Origin: Gammaproteobacteria bacterium
GTDB taxonomy: Bacteria > Pseudomonadota > Gammaproteobacteria > Steroidobacterales > Steroidobacteraceae
Assembly (NCBI GenBank): GCA_016874055.1
Contig: VGVG01000001.1
Span: 72,816 to 136,815 of the forward strand
Reading direction: 5' to 3'
DNA length: 64,000 bases
How positions within the stretch are numbered: the first letter of the stretch is position 1; each line of letters opens with the position of its first letter. The notes below the pieces were generated by a model. The model ran no database searches, was not told the DNA's origin, and saw only the letters and a list, made by a program, of their open reading frames with translations. The position numbers and the translations under genes are program-made. Positions 10,526 through 20,615 of this stretch are shown here, piece by piece.

Positions 10526-11722
10526 TCAATGAATTGAAATGTATCCTTGTGCCGCCCTCGCTTCGAGCATACCCACGGCGGGTAGCGTCTTGCCCTCGAC
10601 GAACTCAAGGAAAGCACCACCGCCCGTCGAGATGAAGGAAATCCCACTCTCCACGCCATATTTTTCGACGGCGGCCAGCGTATCGCCTCCTCCGACAAGC
10701 GAGAATGCCCGACTCTTAGCGACGGCCTCAGCAATAGCACGCGTACCTGCACCGAACTGATCAAACTCAAAGACACCGACCGGTCCATTCCAAAGAATGG
10801 TGCCCGCGGAGTTGAGTACAGTCGCGAGCGTCGCCGAGGTCTCGGGTCCGATATCAAGAATAAGCTCCGACGCGCCGACGGCGCCAACGGCGCGCACTGT
10901 TGCCGACGCCGACGGCGAAAACTCCGGCGCAACGACCACGTCGCTCGGCAGCGGAATCTCGGCACCTCGGGCACGCGCCTGTTCGTACAAACGCCGTGCT
11001 GTAAAGAGCATATCGGACTCGTGCAGCGACTTGCCCACGTTAACGCCGATCGCGGCAAGAAAAGTATTCGCGATGCCACCGCCAACGATGAGTTTATCGA
11101 CCTTGGCAAGCAGCGACTCGAGCACCGTGAGCTTCGTCGACACCTTTGAACCGGCAACGATCGCGACGAGCGGACGCGCGGGTTTCGAAAGTGCACGTTC
11201 GAGTGCTTCGAGCTCGTTCAAGAGTACGGGCCCTGCGCAGGCAATCGGCGCAAATTGCGCGACGCCATGAGTGCTCGCCTCAGCGCGGTGCGCCGCACCA
11301 AAGGCATCCATCACGTACACGTCGCAAAGTGCAGCCATGCGCTGTGACAGGGTCCTGTCATCTTTTTTCTCGCCCTTGTTGAAGCGAACATTTTCGCAGA
11401 GCACCACTTCGCCCGGCTCACAGTTAACGCCGTCGAGCCAATCACCCACCAGCCGCACAGGCTGACCTAAGAGCTCGGCGAGACGCTCGGCGACTAGAGC
11501 GAGCGAGTTTTCTGCTGAAAACTCGCCCTCCTTGGGACGGCCAAGGTGAGATAGCAGAATGACTCGCGCGCGTTTTCCGATGGCGTGACGAATGGTCGGG
11601 AGCGAAGCACGGATACGCACGTCACTCGTGATCGACCCGCTGTCGATCGGCACGTTGAGATCCTCGCGAATTAACACGCGCTTACCCGCGAGATCGAGAT
11701 CGGTCATCCGGATCACGTTCAT
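10526..11722 (-). CDS. pgk: Phosphoglycerate kinase
   Basis: [25 protein letters not shown] matches the enterobacterial Pgk N-terminus closely. Confidence 0.92.
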   Translation of the reverse strand: MNVIRMTDLDLAGKRVLIREDLNVPIDSGSITSDVRIRASLPTIRHAIGKRARVILLSHLGRPKEGEFSAENSLALVAERLAELLGQPVRLVGDWLDGVNCEPGEVVLCENVRFNKGEKKDDRTLSQRMAALCDVYVMDAFGAAHRAEASTHGVAQFAPIACAGPVLLNELEALERALSKPARPLVAIVAGSKVSTKLTVLESLLAKVDKLIVGGGIANTFLAAIGVNVGKSLHESDMLFTARRLYEQARARGAEIPLPSDVVVAPEFSPSASATVRAVGAVGASELILDIGPETSATLATVLNSAGTILWNGPVGVFEFDQFGAGTRAIAEAVAKSRAFSLVGGGDTLAAVEKYGVESGISFISTGGGAFLEFVEGKTLPAVGMLEARAAQGYISIH

Positions 11723-11735
11723 CGATACGCGCTTC

Positions 11736-12749
11736 TCAAGCCGCCCTCGACCACTCGAGCATGGTATCAAGCATACGGTTGGAAAAGCCCCACTCGTTGT
11801 CGTACCACGCGCACACCTTGACGAGATTACCGTCGATGACCTTAGTCATCGTCGCATCGTAGGTCGATGAATGCGTATCATGGTTATAATCAACAGAAAC
11901 AAGTGGCGCTTCCGTATAAGCGAGCACGCCCTTGAGTGGACCTGCCGCTGCAGCCTTCATGAGGCTATTGATCTCGACGACGGTAGTCGCACGCTTCGGC
12001 GTGAAGGTGAGATCGACCATCGATACGTTTATCGTCGGCACGCGCACTGCGAAGCCGTCGAACTTGCCCTTGAGCTGCGGCAGCACGAGGCCGACGGCTG
12101 CTGCGGCACCGGTCTTCGTCGGAATCATGGACAATGTCGCCGAGCGCGCACGGCGCAGGTCGGAGTGGTACACGTCCGTGAGCACCTGATCATTAGTGTA
12201 GGCGTGAATGGTGGTCATCAAGCCGCTCTCGATACCAATATTCTCCTGCAGCACCTTCGCAATCGGCGCAAGACAGTTGGTCGTGCACGAGGCGTTGGAG
12301 ATCACGGTCATCGATGACTTCAACACGTCGTGGTTCACGCCGTAAACCACCGTCGCATCGACGTCGTCTCCACCCGGCGCGGAGATCACAACCTTCTTGG
12401 CACCGCCCGCGAGATGTGCGCCTGCCTTTATCTTGCTCGTAAAGAGACCGGTGCACTCGAGAACGAAGTCGATACCGAGCTCACCCCAGGGTAGCTTGGC
12501 CGGATCACGCTGCGCGAGCACGCGGATGCGGTCGCCGTTGACCACTATGAAATCACCCTCGACGCTGACCTCGCCGGGGAACTTACCGTGCGCAGTGTCG
12601 TAACGTGTGAGGTAGGCGTTGGTATTCGCATCACCCAAATCATTGATGGCAACGATCTGGATATCCTTGCGGCGATTACCCTCGTAAAGCGCACGCAGGA
12701 CGTTGCGTCCGATACGACCGTAACCGTTGATGCCTACCTTGATTGCCAT
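11736..12749 (-). CDS. gap: Glyceraldehyde-3-phosphate dehydrogenase
   Basis: Has [20 protein letters not shown] and the active site [12 protein letters not shown]. The ATG at 12747-12749 was verified in the sequence. Confidence 0.92.
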   Translation of the reverse strand: MAIKVGINGYGRIGRNVLRALYEGNRRKDIQIVAINDLGDANTNAYLTRYDTAHGKFPGEVSVEGDFIVVNGDRIRVLAQRDPAKLPWGELGIDFVLECTGLFTSKIKAGAHLAGGAKKVVISAPGGDDVDATVVYGVNHDVLKSSMTVISNASCTTNCLAPIAKVLQENIGIESGLMTTIHAYTNDQVLTDVYHSDLRRARSATLSMIPTKTGAAAAVGLVLPQLKGKFDGFAVRVPTINVSMVDLTFTPKRATTVVEINSLMKAAAAGPLKGVLAYTEAPLVSVDYNHDTHSSTYDATMTKVIDGNLVKVCAWYDNEWGFSNRMLDTMLEWSRAA

Positions 12750-12781
12750 GTTGCGATGCCCTCTCCTGATTTCCCTTTTAT

Positions 12782-14794
12782 TCAGCCTCGCAGCAGGTTG
12801 TCGAGCGCACGGCCGATGTGCGCCGACGTAAGCCCGTAGTGTTCGAAGAGCGCCGGGGCTTTTCCCGAGGCGCCGAAGCGGTCGATGCCGATCACACAAC
12901 CCCCGCCGCCCACGTACCTCCACCAGCTTTGCGAGGCAGCAGCTTCGACGGCGAGTCGGCGCGTCACAGCTTTGGGTAACACTTGATCGCGCCAGGCGGC
13001 ATCCTGCGCATCGAACACGTCGGTCGAGGGCATCGAGACGAGACGTACCCGCCTACCCATTGCGTTCGCCAGTCGCACAGCCTCAGCCGACGCGGCCACC
13101 TCGCTACCCGTCGCGATGACGATCGCCTCAGGCAGCGTGCCCGCCGCGTACTCGGGTTCGATAAGCACATAACCACCGCGACGAATCTGCTCAACTTGCG
13201 CGGTACTGCGCGATTGTTGCGGCACGGCCTGACGAGTCAGCACGAGACAAGTGGGTCCATTATTCCGCTCGATGGCGGCAATCCAAGCGACCGCTGTCTC
13301 GGCGGCATCACAAGGACGCCACAGTGCGAGGTTCGGCATCGCACGCAAACTCGCTAAGTGTTCGATCGGTTGGTGCGTCGGTCCGTCTTCACCTAAGCCG
13401 ATGGAATCGTGCGTATAAACGAGGAGCACGCGCTGATGCATGAGTGCTGCGAGCCGCACAGCATTGCGCGCGTAATCAGAGAACACAAGGAAGGTGCCGG
13501 CATACGGTACGAAGCCGCCATGTAGCGCGAGACCATTCGTCATCGCGGTCATCGCAAACTCGCGAACGCCGTAAAAGACGTAGTTTCCCGACACATCGGT
13601 CGGCGTGACGGGCTTGGAATCTCTGCGCAAGGTGTTCACTGAGCCAGTAAGATCGGCTGAGCCGCCGAGCAACTCGCCCATGCCCGGTCCGATGACATTG
13701 AGTACCACTTGCGACGACGCGCGCGTGGCTTGCCCGCCATCGACAGCGGCCGCAGCGGCCATGGCCGAATCGCGCAGCTGCGCCCAGGTCGCAGGCAACT
13801 CGCCGCGCATGCGACGCTCGAACTGGGTGGCGAGTTCCGGAAACTCGCACTTGTATTTATCGAAGCGACGGCGCCAGGCTTTTTCGGCCTGAGCTCCGCG
13901 CTCGCGCCGATCCCAAGCCTCGCTAACTTCGGCGGGAATGACGAACGGCTCGTGGTTCCAGCCGATGGCAGCGCGGGTGGCAGCGATTTCGGCTGCACCT
14001 AACGGTTCACCGTGAGTCGACTTGCTGCCCTGCTTGTTGGGGGCACCGAAACCGATAACGGTGCGCGCGCAGATCAGCGTTGGCTGTTTTCGGTTGCCCT
14101 TGGCGCGCTTGAACGCCTTAACGACCGCCTGCCCGTCGTGACCATCGATATCTTTGATGACTTGCCAACCGTAGGATGCAAAGCGCTTTGCCGTATCGTC
14201 GGCCATCCAATCTTTAACCTTGCCGTCGATCGAAATACCATTGTCGTCATAGACGCAGATTAGCTTACCAAGGCCAAGCGTACCAGCGAGCGAAGCCGCC
14301 TCATGCGAAATGCCCTCCATGATGCAACCATCGCCGAGAAACACGTAGGTGTAATGATCAACGATATCGTGGCCGGGGCGATTGAACTCTGCCGCGAGCA
14401 AACGCTCGGCGAGCGCCATACCCACAGCCGTCGCAACGCCCTGTCCGAGCGGACCGGTGGTCGTCTCGATTCCAATCGCTGGATCGTATTCGGGATGACC
14501 TGCCGTGCGCGAGCCGAGTTGGCGGAAATCTTTGATATCGTCGATGGAAAGCGGATGACCCGTCAGATGAAGTACGGAGTACAACAACATCGAGGCGTGC
14601 CCGTTCGAGAGAACGAAACGATCACGATCGACCCAGCGTGGATTGGCCGGGTTGTAGTCCATGATTTCGCGCCAAAGAACCTCGGCGATGTCTGCCATGC
14701 CCATCGGCGCGCCGGGATGTCCAGAAGCGGCGCGCTGCACCGCATCCATAGAAAGCGCGCGAACGGCGTCCGCGAGGAGACGGCGTGGGTACAT
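12782..14794 (-). CDS. tkt: Transketolase
   Basis: A 670-aa ORF with the [18 protein letters not shown] and [13 protein letters not shown] motifs. Confidence 0.92.
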   Translation of the reverse strand: MYPRRLLADAVRALSMDAVQRAASGHPGAPMGMADIAEVLWREIMDYNPANPRWVDRDRFVLSNGHASMLLYSVLHLTGHPLSIDDIKDFRQLGSRTAGHPEYDPAIGIETTTGPLGQGVATAVGMALAERLLAAEFNRPGHDIVDHYTYVFLGDGCIMEGISHEAASLAGTLGLGKLICVYDDNGISIDGKVKDWMADDTAKRFASYGWQVIKDIDGHDGQAVVKAFKRAKGNRKQPTLICARTVIGFGAPNKQGSKSTHGEPLGAAEIAATRAAIGWNHEPFVIPAEVSEAWDRRERGAQAEKAWRRRFDKYKCEFPELATQFERRMRGELPATWAQLRDSAMAAAAAVDGGQATRASSQVVLNVIGPGMGELLGGSADLTGSVNTLRRDSKPVTPTDVSGNYVFYGVREFAMTAMTNGLALHGGFVPYAGTFLVFSDYARNAVRLAALMHQRVLLVYTHDSIGLGEDGPTHQPIEHLASLRAMPNLALWRPCDAAETAVAWIAAIERNNGPTCLVLTRQAVPQQSRSTAQVEQIRRGGYVLIEPEYAAGTLPEAIVIATGSEVAASAEAVRLANAMGRRVRLVSMPSTDVFDAQDAAWRDQVLPKAVTRRLAVEAAASQSWWRYVGGGGCVIGIDRFGASGKAPALFEHYGLTSAHIGRALDNLLRG

Positions 14795-14939
14795 CGAAAA
14801 ACCCGTTTTTTTACAGCAAACCGCAATTGTCCATTACCGAAGCACAGTTTTTCAACGAAAAAAGGGCTCCGCGGATGATCATCCGTCACGAACGGCTATA
14901 CTTGAATGGATACGTTCTTTAGGCAAAATTCACCGAGCG

Positions 14940-16124
14940 ATGGGCAACCACTACCTTTTCACGTCTGAGTCGGTTTCCGAGGGTCACCCGGACAAAGTTG
15001 CTGACCAGATTTCCGACGCCATCCTCGACGCCATCCTCGCGAAGGATAAGCGTTGCCGCGTCGCCGTCGAAACGTTGGTCAAGACCGGCGTTGCCATCGT
15101 CGCGGGTGAAGTCACGACCCACGCCTGGGTCGACATCGAGTCGATCGTGCGCAATACCGTACTCGATATCGGCTACACCTCCTCGGAGATGGGCTTCGAT
15201 GGCGCCTCGTGCGGTGTCCTCAACGTCATCGGCAAGCAGTCGCCGGATATCGCCCAGGGCGTCGATCGCAAAGACCCGCGTCGGCAGGGTGCAGGCGATC
15301 AGGGCCTAATGTTCGGCTTTGCCACCAATGAAACGGACGTGCTCATGCCGGCCGCCATCACGCTGTCGCACAGACTCGTCGAGCGTCAATCTAAGGTGCG
15401 CAAGCAGGGCAAGCTCAAATGGCTTCGGCCCGACTCGAAGAGCCAGGTCACACTGCGTTACGAAAACGATCGTCCAGTCGCTGTCGATGCGGTCGTGCTT
15501 TCGACGCAGCACAGCGACGATATCTCCACGGAGAAGCTCCGTGAGGCCGTAATGGAAGAAATAATTAAACCCGTGCTACCTAAAAAGTGGTTGCATCGTG
15601 GCACCAAGTTCCACATCAACCCGACAGGTCGTTTCGTTATTGGCGGTCCGGTCGGCGATTGCGGGCTGACGGGTCGTAAGATTATCGTCGATACCTATGG
15701 CGGTTTCGCTCGTCACGGTGGTGGTGCGTTCTCCGGTAAGGATCCTTCCAAGGTCGACCGCTCGGCCGCCTACGCGGCGCGCTATGTCGCCAAAAATATC
15801 GTCGCGGCTGGCCTCGCGGACCGTTGCGAAGTGCAGGTGTCGTACGCGATCGGCGTCGCGAAGCCAACCTCGGTAATGGTCGAAACCTTCGGCTCCGGCA
15901 AAGTCGCCAGCGAGAAACTAGTCAAGCTGGTCGATCGGCACTTCGATCTCACGCCTTACGGCCTGCGCGAAATGCTGCGTCTCGCTCGCCCGATCTACCG
16001 CAAAACGGCCGCTTATGGGCACTTTGGCCGGGAGGATCGCGATTTCACCTGGGAGCGGACCGACCGCGCTGCTGCACTGGCCGCGGACGCCGGACTCGGC
16101 AAGCGGGGAAGCCTTAGGGCATAA
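14940..16124 (+). CDS. metK: S-adenosylmethionine synthetase
   Basis: [30 protein letters not shown]. The ATG at 14940 was verified, and the upstream part of the track ORF is spurious. Confidence 0.92.
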   Translation: MGNHYLFTSESVSEGHPDKVADQISDAILDAILAKDKRCRVAVETLVKTGVAIVAGEVTTHAWVDIESIVRNTVLDIGYTSSEMGFDGASCGVLNVIGKQSPDIAQGVDRKDPRRQGAGDQGLMFGFATNETDVLMPAAITLSHRLVERQSKVRKQGKLKWLRPDSKSQVTLRYENDRPVAVDAVVLSTQHSDDISTEKLREAVMEEIIKPVLPKKWLHRGTKFHINPTGRFVIGGPVGDCGLTGRKIIVDTYGGFARHGGGAFSGKDPSKVDRSAAYAARYVAKNIVAAGLADRCEVQVSYAIGVAKPTSVMVETFGSGKVASEKLVKLVDRHFDLTPYGLREMLRLARPIYRKTAAYGHFGREDRDFTWERTDRAAALAADAGLGKRGSLRA

Positions 16125-16135
16125 TTCGGACGATC

Positions 16136-16216
16136 CGACCTCGCGAGGGGCGCTGCAGCACCGGGTTGGCCGGTACCAGGCTCGCAGGGCGGCGGATGTG
16201 TCAACGGCGCCCGTCG
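16136..16216 (+). ncRNA. SAH riboswitch (S-adenosylhomocysteine-responsive) in the ahcY leader
   Basis: GAGGGGCGCUGC (16146-16157), an ACCGG/CCGGU hairpin, CAGGCUCG (16178-16185) and CAACGGCGCCC (16202-16212) follow the conserved blocks of the SAH element as I remember them (GAGGAGCGCUGC .. CAGGCUCGG .. AACGGCGCUC). The outer helix is CGAC/GUCG. It lies 32 nt upstream of the ahcY ATG. Confidence 0.7.
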
Positions 16217-16247
16217 ATCTTAATCCAAAGATTAACGGAGACCTGAC

Positions 16248-17669
16248 ATGAACGCTGTGATCAAATCTGCCCACGGACAGGGCGATTTTCGAGTGGCCGA
16301 CCTCTCGCTCGCTGGGTGGGGTCGTAAGGAAATTTGCATCGCCGAAACGGAAATGCCCGGCCTGATGGCGATTCGCGAAGAGTTCGCCCCCACTCAGCCG
16401 CTGCGCGGCGCTCGCATCACGGGCTCGCTGCACATGACCATCCAGACGGCCGTGCTCATCGAAACGCTGCAAGCGCTCGGCGCACAGATCCGTTGGGCCT
16501 CATGCAACATCTTCTCGACTCAGGACCACGCGGCCGCTGCGATCGCCGTCAACGGCATATCGGTGTTCGCGTACAAGGGGGAGTCGCTCAAAGAATACTG
16601 GGACTTCACCCACCGCATTTTCGAATGGTCGGACGGTGGCTTCACCAACATGATTCTCGACGACGGCGGCGACGCCACCTTGCTACTTCACCTCGGCACC
16701 AAGGCTGAGACGAATCCGTCGTCTCTTTCGAGCCCGGGCAGCGAGGAGGAGGAAGTACTCTTCGCATCGATCAAGGACATGCTCAAGCGTGATCCGAAGT
16801 GGTACTCCACGCGCCTCAGCAAGGTTAGAGGCGTCACCGAAGAGACAACCACGGGCGTGAAGCGCCTGTACCAGATGGCCAAGGACGGCGCCCTCGCCTT
16901 TCCGGCGATCAACGTCAACGACGCGGTCACGAAGTCGAAGTTCGACAACCTCTACGGTTGCCGTGAATCGCTGGTCGATGCCATTAAGCGCGCCACCGAC
17001 GTGATGATCGCCGGTAAGGTGGCTGTGGTCTGCGGTTACGGCGACGTGGGTAAGGGTTCGGCGCAAGCTCTGCGTGCCCTCTCCGCTCAGGTGTGGGTCA
17101 CGGAAGTGGACCCGATCTGCGCGTTGCAGGCGGCGATGGAGGGCTATCGCGTGGTCACCATGGAATATGCCGCCGACAAGGCGGACATCTTCGTTACGGC
17201 GACCGGTAACTTCCACGTGATCAACTATGACCATATGAAACGCATGAAGGACCAGGCTATTGTCTGCAACATTGGGCACTTCGATAATGAAATTGATTGC
17301 GCCTCGCTCAAGCAGTGCACCTGGGAGAACATCAAGCCGCAAGTTGACCATGTGATCTTCCCGGACAGCAAGCGCATAACGCTGCTGGCCGAAGGGCGTC
17401 TCGTTAACTTGGGTTGCGGCACAGGCCATCCCTCGTACGTAATGTCTTCATCGTTCGCCAACCAAACGATCGCCCAGATTGAGCTGTGGACCAATTACGA
17501 CAAGTATCCGGTCGGTGTCTACGTGCTACCAAAGCACCTCGACGAGAAGGTGGCCCGCCTGCACCTGAAGAAGCTTGGCGCGCAGTTGACCGAGCTTACG
17601 GATACACAGGCTGGCTATATCGGCGTCGCCAAGCAGGGTCCGTATAAGCCGGAGACCTACCGCTATTAG
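16248..17669 (+). CDS. ahcY: Adenosylhomocysteinase
   Basis: A 473-aa ORF with [24 protein letters not shown] and the NAD site [10 protein letters not shown]. Stop is TAG. Confidence 0.93.
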   Translation: MNAVIKSAHGQGDFRVADLSLAGWGRKEICIAETEMPGLMAIREEFAPTQPLRGARITGSLHMTIQTAVLIETLQALGAQIRWASCNIFSTQDHAAAAIAVNGISVFAYKGESLKEYWDFTHRIFEWSDGGFTNMILDDGGDATLLLHLGTKAETNPSSLSSPGSEEEEVLFASIKDMLKRDPKWYSTRLSKVRGVTEETTTGVKRLYQMAKDGALAFPAINVNDAVTKSKFDNLYGCRESLVDAIKRATDVMIAGKVAVVCGYGDVGKGSAQALRALSAQVWVTEVDPICALQAAMEGYRVVTMEYAADKADIFVTATGNFHVINYDHMKRMKDQAIVCNIGHFDNEIDCASLKQCTWENIKPQVDHVIFPDSKRITLLAEGRLVNLGCGTGHPSYVMSSSFANQTIAQIELWTNYDKYPVGVYVLPKHLDEKVARLHLKKLGAQLTELTDTQAGYIGVAKQGPYKPETYRY

Positions 17670-17681
17670 GACCCTAGGGCG

Positions 17682-17709
17682 GTCATGGCGTTAGCATTAA
17701 CGCCATGAC
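17682..17709 (+). promoter_or_regulatory. Perfect 12-bp-stem hairpin covering the cpdA start codon
   Basis: The structure is GTCATGGCGTTA-gcat-TAACGCCATGAC. The right arm contains the ATG at 17705. The left arm creates a 7-codon mini-ORF (ATG at 17685, MALALTP) whose TGA overlaps the cpdA ATG. Confidence 0.6.
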
Positions 17710-18457
17710 TGCCGTCCGCGCCCTCCAAATCACCGATACGCATCTCGTAGGCGACCCCGGTGGTCGTCAGCGCGGGATTGTCGTGCTCGATTCACTGCGG
17801 GCCGTCTTGCGGCAGGGTCTCCGCGAACCCACCGACCTTATCCTGCTAACCGGTGATATCGCTCACGACGATTATCGAGGCTACGATCGGCTGAGAGAAG
17901 AATTCGCGCCGACTCCGCCCGTGCTTTGCATCCCAGGTAATCACGACGATCCGGCGGCGATGCGCGATTCACTGAGGTTTGCGCCGTTTCGCATCGGTGG
18001 TCACCATGATGCCGGCGCATGGCGAGTAGTGATGCTCGACTCGCAGCGGCTTGGGCACAGCGGCGGTCATCTAGACGACGCCGAACTGCAACGACTCGAT
18101 GACTCACTCAACGAAGCTCCTCATCGACACGCCTTGGTCGTGCTGCACCACCCGCCTATTACGATGGGCAGCGCCTGGCTTGACGCCATCGGACTTGATA
18201 ACAACTTAGATTTTTTTGCGGTACTCGATCGCCATGCAGGTGTTCGTGGTGTGCTCTGGGGTCATGCCCATCAGGCACTCGACCGGCAGCGCGCGGGTCC
18301 GTATGGTGCTGTACGACTCATGGCGACCCCGTCCACCTGCGTGCAGTTTCGGCCTAACGTTTCGGAGTTTGATATCGACGAGCATCCTCCGGGATACCGC
18401 CGTCTGACGCTCCTCGCCGACGGCCGTATCGAAACGACAGTCGAATGGCTCGAATGA
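17705..18457 (+). CDS. cpdA: 3',5'-cyclic-nucleotide phosphodiesterase-like metallophosphoesterase
   Basis: Shows the calcineurin-like motifs ITDTH, GDIAHDD, GNHDD and GHAH. Confidence 0.75.
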   Translation: MTAVRALQITDTHLVGDPGGRQRGIVVLDSLRAVLRQGLREPTDLILLTGDIAHDDYRGYDRLREEFAPTPPVLCIPGNHDDPAAMRDSLRFAPFRIGGHHDAGAWRVVMLDSQRLGHSGGHLDDAELQRLDDSLNEAPHRHALVVLHHPPITMGSAWLDAIGLDNNLDFFAVLDRHAGVRGVLWGHAHQALDRQRAGPYGAVRLMATPSTCVQFRPNVSEFDIDEHPPGYRRLTLLADGRIETTVEWLE

Positions 18458-18530
18458 CTGATCGACCCATCAAGACCGTACCCATCAACGCCATGCGAGC
18501 GAATGCAGTAACCCGTGGAGCGCCTGCGCC

Positions 18531-19433
18531 GTGAAAGCCTTCGCGTGGTTCGTGGGACTCTTCATCTTCGGTTTCGCCGTCATATCGATCTTCGCTTGGC
18601 CGATCTACGACTGGCTGACACCGAACTTTAACTTCAAGTTTCACCGCGTCGCCAATCGTCTCGGCATGCTCGCGCTACTAGTTTCCTTTTTACTCGTCGC
18701 CAGACGTCTCGCCCTGAACGATAAAAAGAGTCTCGGCTACGAATTACCGAGATCAGAGTTTCTGCGTGAGTCCGCGCTCGGTCTGCTAATCGGCGTAGGC
18801 ACTATGCTGCCCATCGTCCTCATCATGTTAGGCCTCGATTTGCGCGTACTGCGCGATGGCCTCGATCCGGCCAACGTACCGTGGCTCCGTCTAGCGGCGG
18901 GCGGTCTCGTCACCGGTATCACCGTCGCCCTCATCGAAGAGACCTTTTTGCGCGGCGCCATGCACACGGGTATCGCTCGCGAATCGGGGGCGTGTACGGC
19001 CATCCTGCTGACGGCGGCGCTCTATGCCTCGGTACATTTTATCGGCCGCTATCGCATTCCAGTCGAGGAGCTTGGACCCGACAGCGGTTTGCGACACGTG
19101 CTCGGCACGCTCACTGATTTTGCGAAGCCACTCGACATTGCCGATGCATGGCTCGCGCTCTTCGCCGTAGGCGCACTCCTCGGGTTGGTGCGCACGCTCA
19201 CCGGTAACATCGCCGCTTGCATCGGCTTGCACGCTGGCTGGGTCTGGTTGATAAGCCTCCTGCGCGATACCTCACTTCCCGACGAAGCGAATTCTTTACG
19301 CTTTCTGCTGTCGCAGTTCGATGGTGTTGTCGGCTGGTTGGTAGTCGGCTGGACGCTCGTGGTCGGCGCTGCGCTCTGGCGCTTCTACGAGAGCCGCAGA
19401 ACGGTCAGTCCAAGGGGTCATCCGTCCGCTTGA
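18531..19433 (+). CDS. CPBP-family intramembrane glutamic endopeptidase (CAAX protease-like)
   Basis: A multi-TM protein with the EETFLRGAMH motif and a downstream H-containing helix (SVHF). It uses a GTG start. Confidence 0.75.
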   Translation: MKAFAWFVGLFIFGFAVISIFAWPIYDWLTPNFNFKFHRVANRLGMLALLVSFLLVARRLALNDKKSLGYELPRSEFLRESALGLLIGVGTMLPIVLIMLGLDLRVLRDGLDPANVPWLRLAAGGLVTGITVALIEETFLRGAMHTGIARESGACTAILLTAALYASVHFIGRYRIPVEELGPDSGLRHVLGTLTDFAKPLDIADAWLALFAVGALLGLVRTLTGNIAACIGLHAGWVWLISLLRDTSLPDEANSLRFLLSQFDGVVGWLVVGWTLVVGAALWRFYESRRTVSPRGHPSA

Positions 19434-20007
19434 TTAGCGGCGCGATCAGCGCCAAGCGCTCGAGCGGATCCATCAGCTCGAGACAGTCCTGCTTATCTTC
19501 GAGCGCGAGCGGCAAAATCTCGACGAGTCGCCCGCCCACCCACTCGGCATCGTCGTAGCGCGGTTCGAGACCTGCGTACAAATCGCCGAGCTCGGGCAGT
19601 ACACGGCGCAGTAGGTCCGCGAGGTGGCGAAACCCCGACGGCACCCGAACCGACTCAGCGCTCGCATCGTCGATCCACTCAACCGAACCAATATTGAGTC
19701 CGTCAGCTTCGCGCCAGCGCTTGAGCACGCGAAAACGCCGCTCACCGCGACAGGTAATGCCGAGTAAGCCATCAGATAACAGGTTAAAATCGACGATACG
19801 CGCCGTCGTGCCGATATCGGTGTAGCCTGCAGGTTGCCCGCTCTCGGCGCCACCACTGACGAGCACCACGCCAAAACAACAGTCCTCGCGCATGCAGCGC
19901 TTGACCATGTCGATGTAGCGAGTCTCGAAGATCCTTAGCGGCAAAGGACCGCACGGGAACAGCACGGTATTGAGCGGAAAGAGCGAAAGCTGCGACGCCC
20001 TGCTCAT
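19405..20007 (-). CDS. LON N-terminal substrate-binding domain protein
   Basis: LFPLNTVLFPCGPLPLRIFETRYIDMV is typical of stand-alone Lon N-domain proteins. Confidence 0.75.
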   Translation of the reverse strand: MSRASQLSLFPLNTVLFPCGPLPLRIFETRYIDMVKRCMREDCCFGVVLVSGGAESGQPAGYTDIGTTARIVDFNLLSDGLLGITCRGERRFRVLKRWREADGLNIGSVEWIDDASAESVRVPSGFRHLADLLRRVLPELGDLYAGLEPRYDDAEWVGGRLVEILPLALEDKQDCLELMDPLERLALIAPLIKRTDDPLD

Positions 20008-20615
20008 CCCCAGCGCTTCATGAGTTCGTGTTCGATGCCGAATTGATCCAGAACGCGGGCGACGATGAAATCGACTATCTCCTCGAGTTTTGCAGGACGA
20101 TTATAGAAGCCGGGATTAGCCGGGAGAATACTCACGCCGGCCCTAGATAATTTCAGCATATTCTCGAGATGGATCGTCGAGAACGGCGTCTCGCGCGGTA
20201 CGATAACGAGATTACCCCGCTCCTTAATCACCACATCGGCAGCGCGCTCGAGCAGATTTTCGCTTGCCCCGTTGGCGATCGCCGAGACCGTCGCCATGCT
20301 CGCAGGACATACCGCCATACGCAGCGGCGCGCCGGAGCCACTTGCCACCGGCGAAGTCCATTCCTCGTCACCAAACACCCGCAGCTGCCCCTCATGCGCT
20401 CCGAACAACGCAGCTAGGTAGCGAGTTTGATCTGCGGTCCGACTCGGCAAGCGACAGTCGGTTTCGGAGCCCACTACGATCCGCGCGGCCCTCGTGAACA
20501 TCACGTAGACCGTGTGATCGGCTTTGATGAGACAATCGATGAGCCGCAGACCATACTGCGCGCCCGAGGCGCCCGTCAGGCCCACCGATACGGTGCGATC
20601 ATTTTTGCGCGCCAT
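20004..20615 (-). CDS. ubiX: Flavin prenyltransferase UbiX
   Basis: VGLTGASGAQYGLRLIDCL .. MATVSAIANG .. PRETP match the UbiX/Pad1 family. Confidence 0.88.
   Translation of the reverse strand: MARKNDRTVSVGLTGASGAQYGLRLIDCLIKADHTVYVMFTRAARIVVGSETDCRLPSRTADQTRYLAALFGAHEGQLRVFGDEEWTSPVASGSGAPLRMAVCPASMATVSAIANGASENLLERAADVVIKERGNLVIVPRETPFSTIHLENMLKLSRAGVSILPANPGFYNRPAKLEEIVDFIVARVLDQFGIEHELMKRWG

Noticed and set aside
9067-11196. Very long N-terminal extensions in the ORF track: pyk 709 aa, gap 395 aa, metK 487 aa, flavin reductase 374 aa, threonine dehydratase 447 aa, PFK 450 aa and aspartic protease 376 aa
   Set aside because: The extensions overlap adjacent genes and translate to Arg/Ser/Pro-rich nonsense. 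Internal ATG or GTG starts reproduce canonical N-termini, and these were checked in the sequence.
14795-14939. A SAM riboswitch upstream of metK
   Set aside because: I could not find the conserved SAM-I, SAM-II or SAM/SAH sequence blocks by eye. A cmsearch would be needed to exclude one formally.
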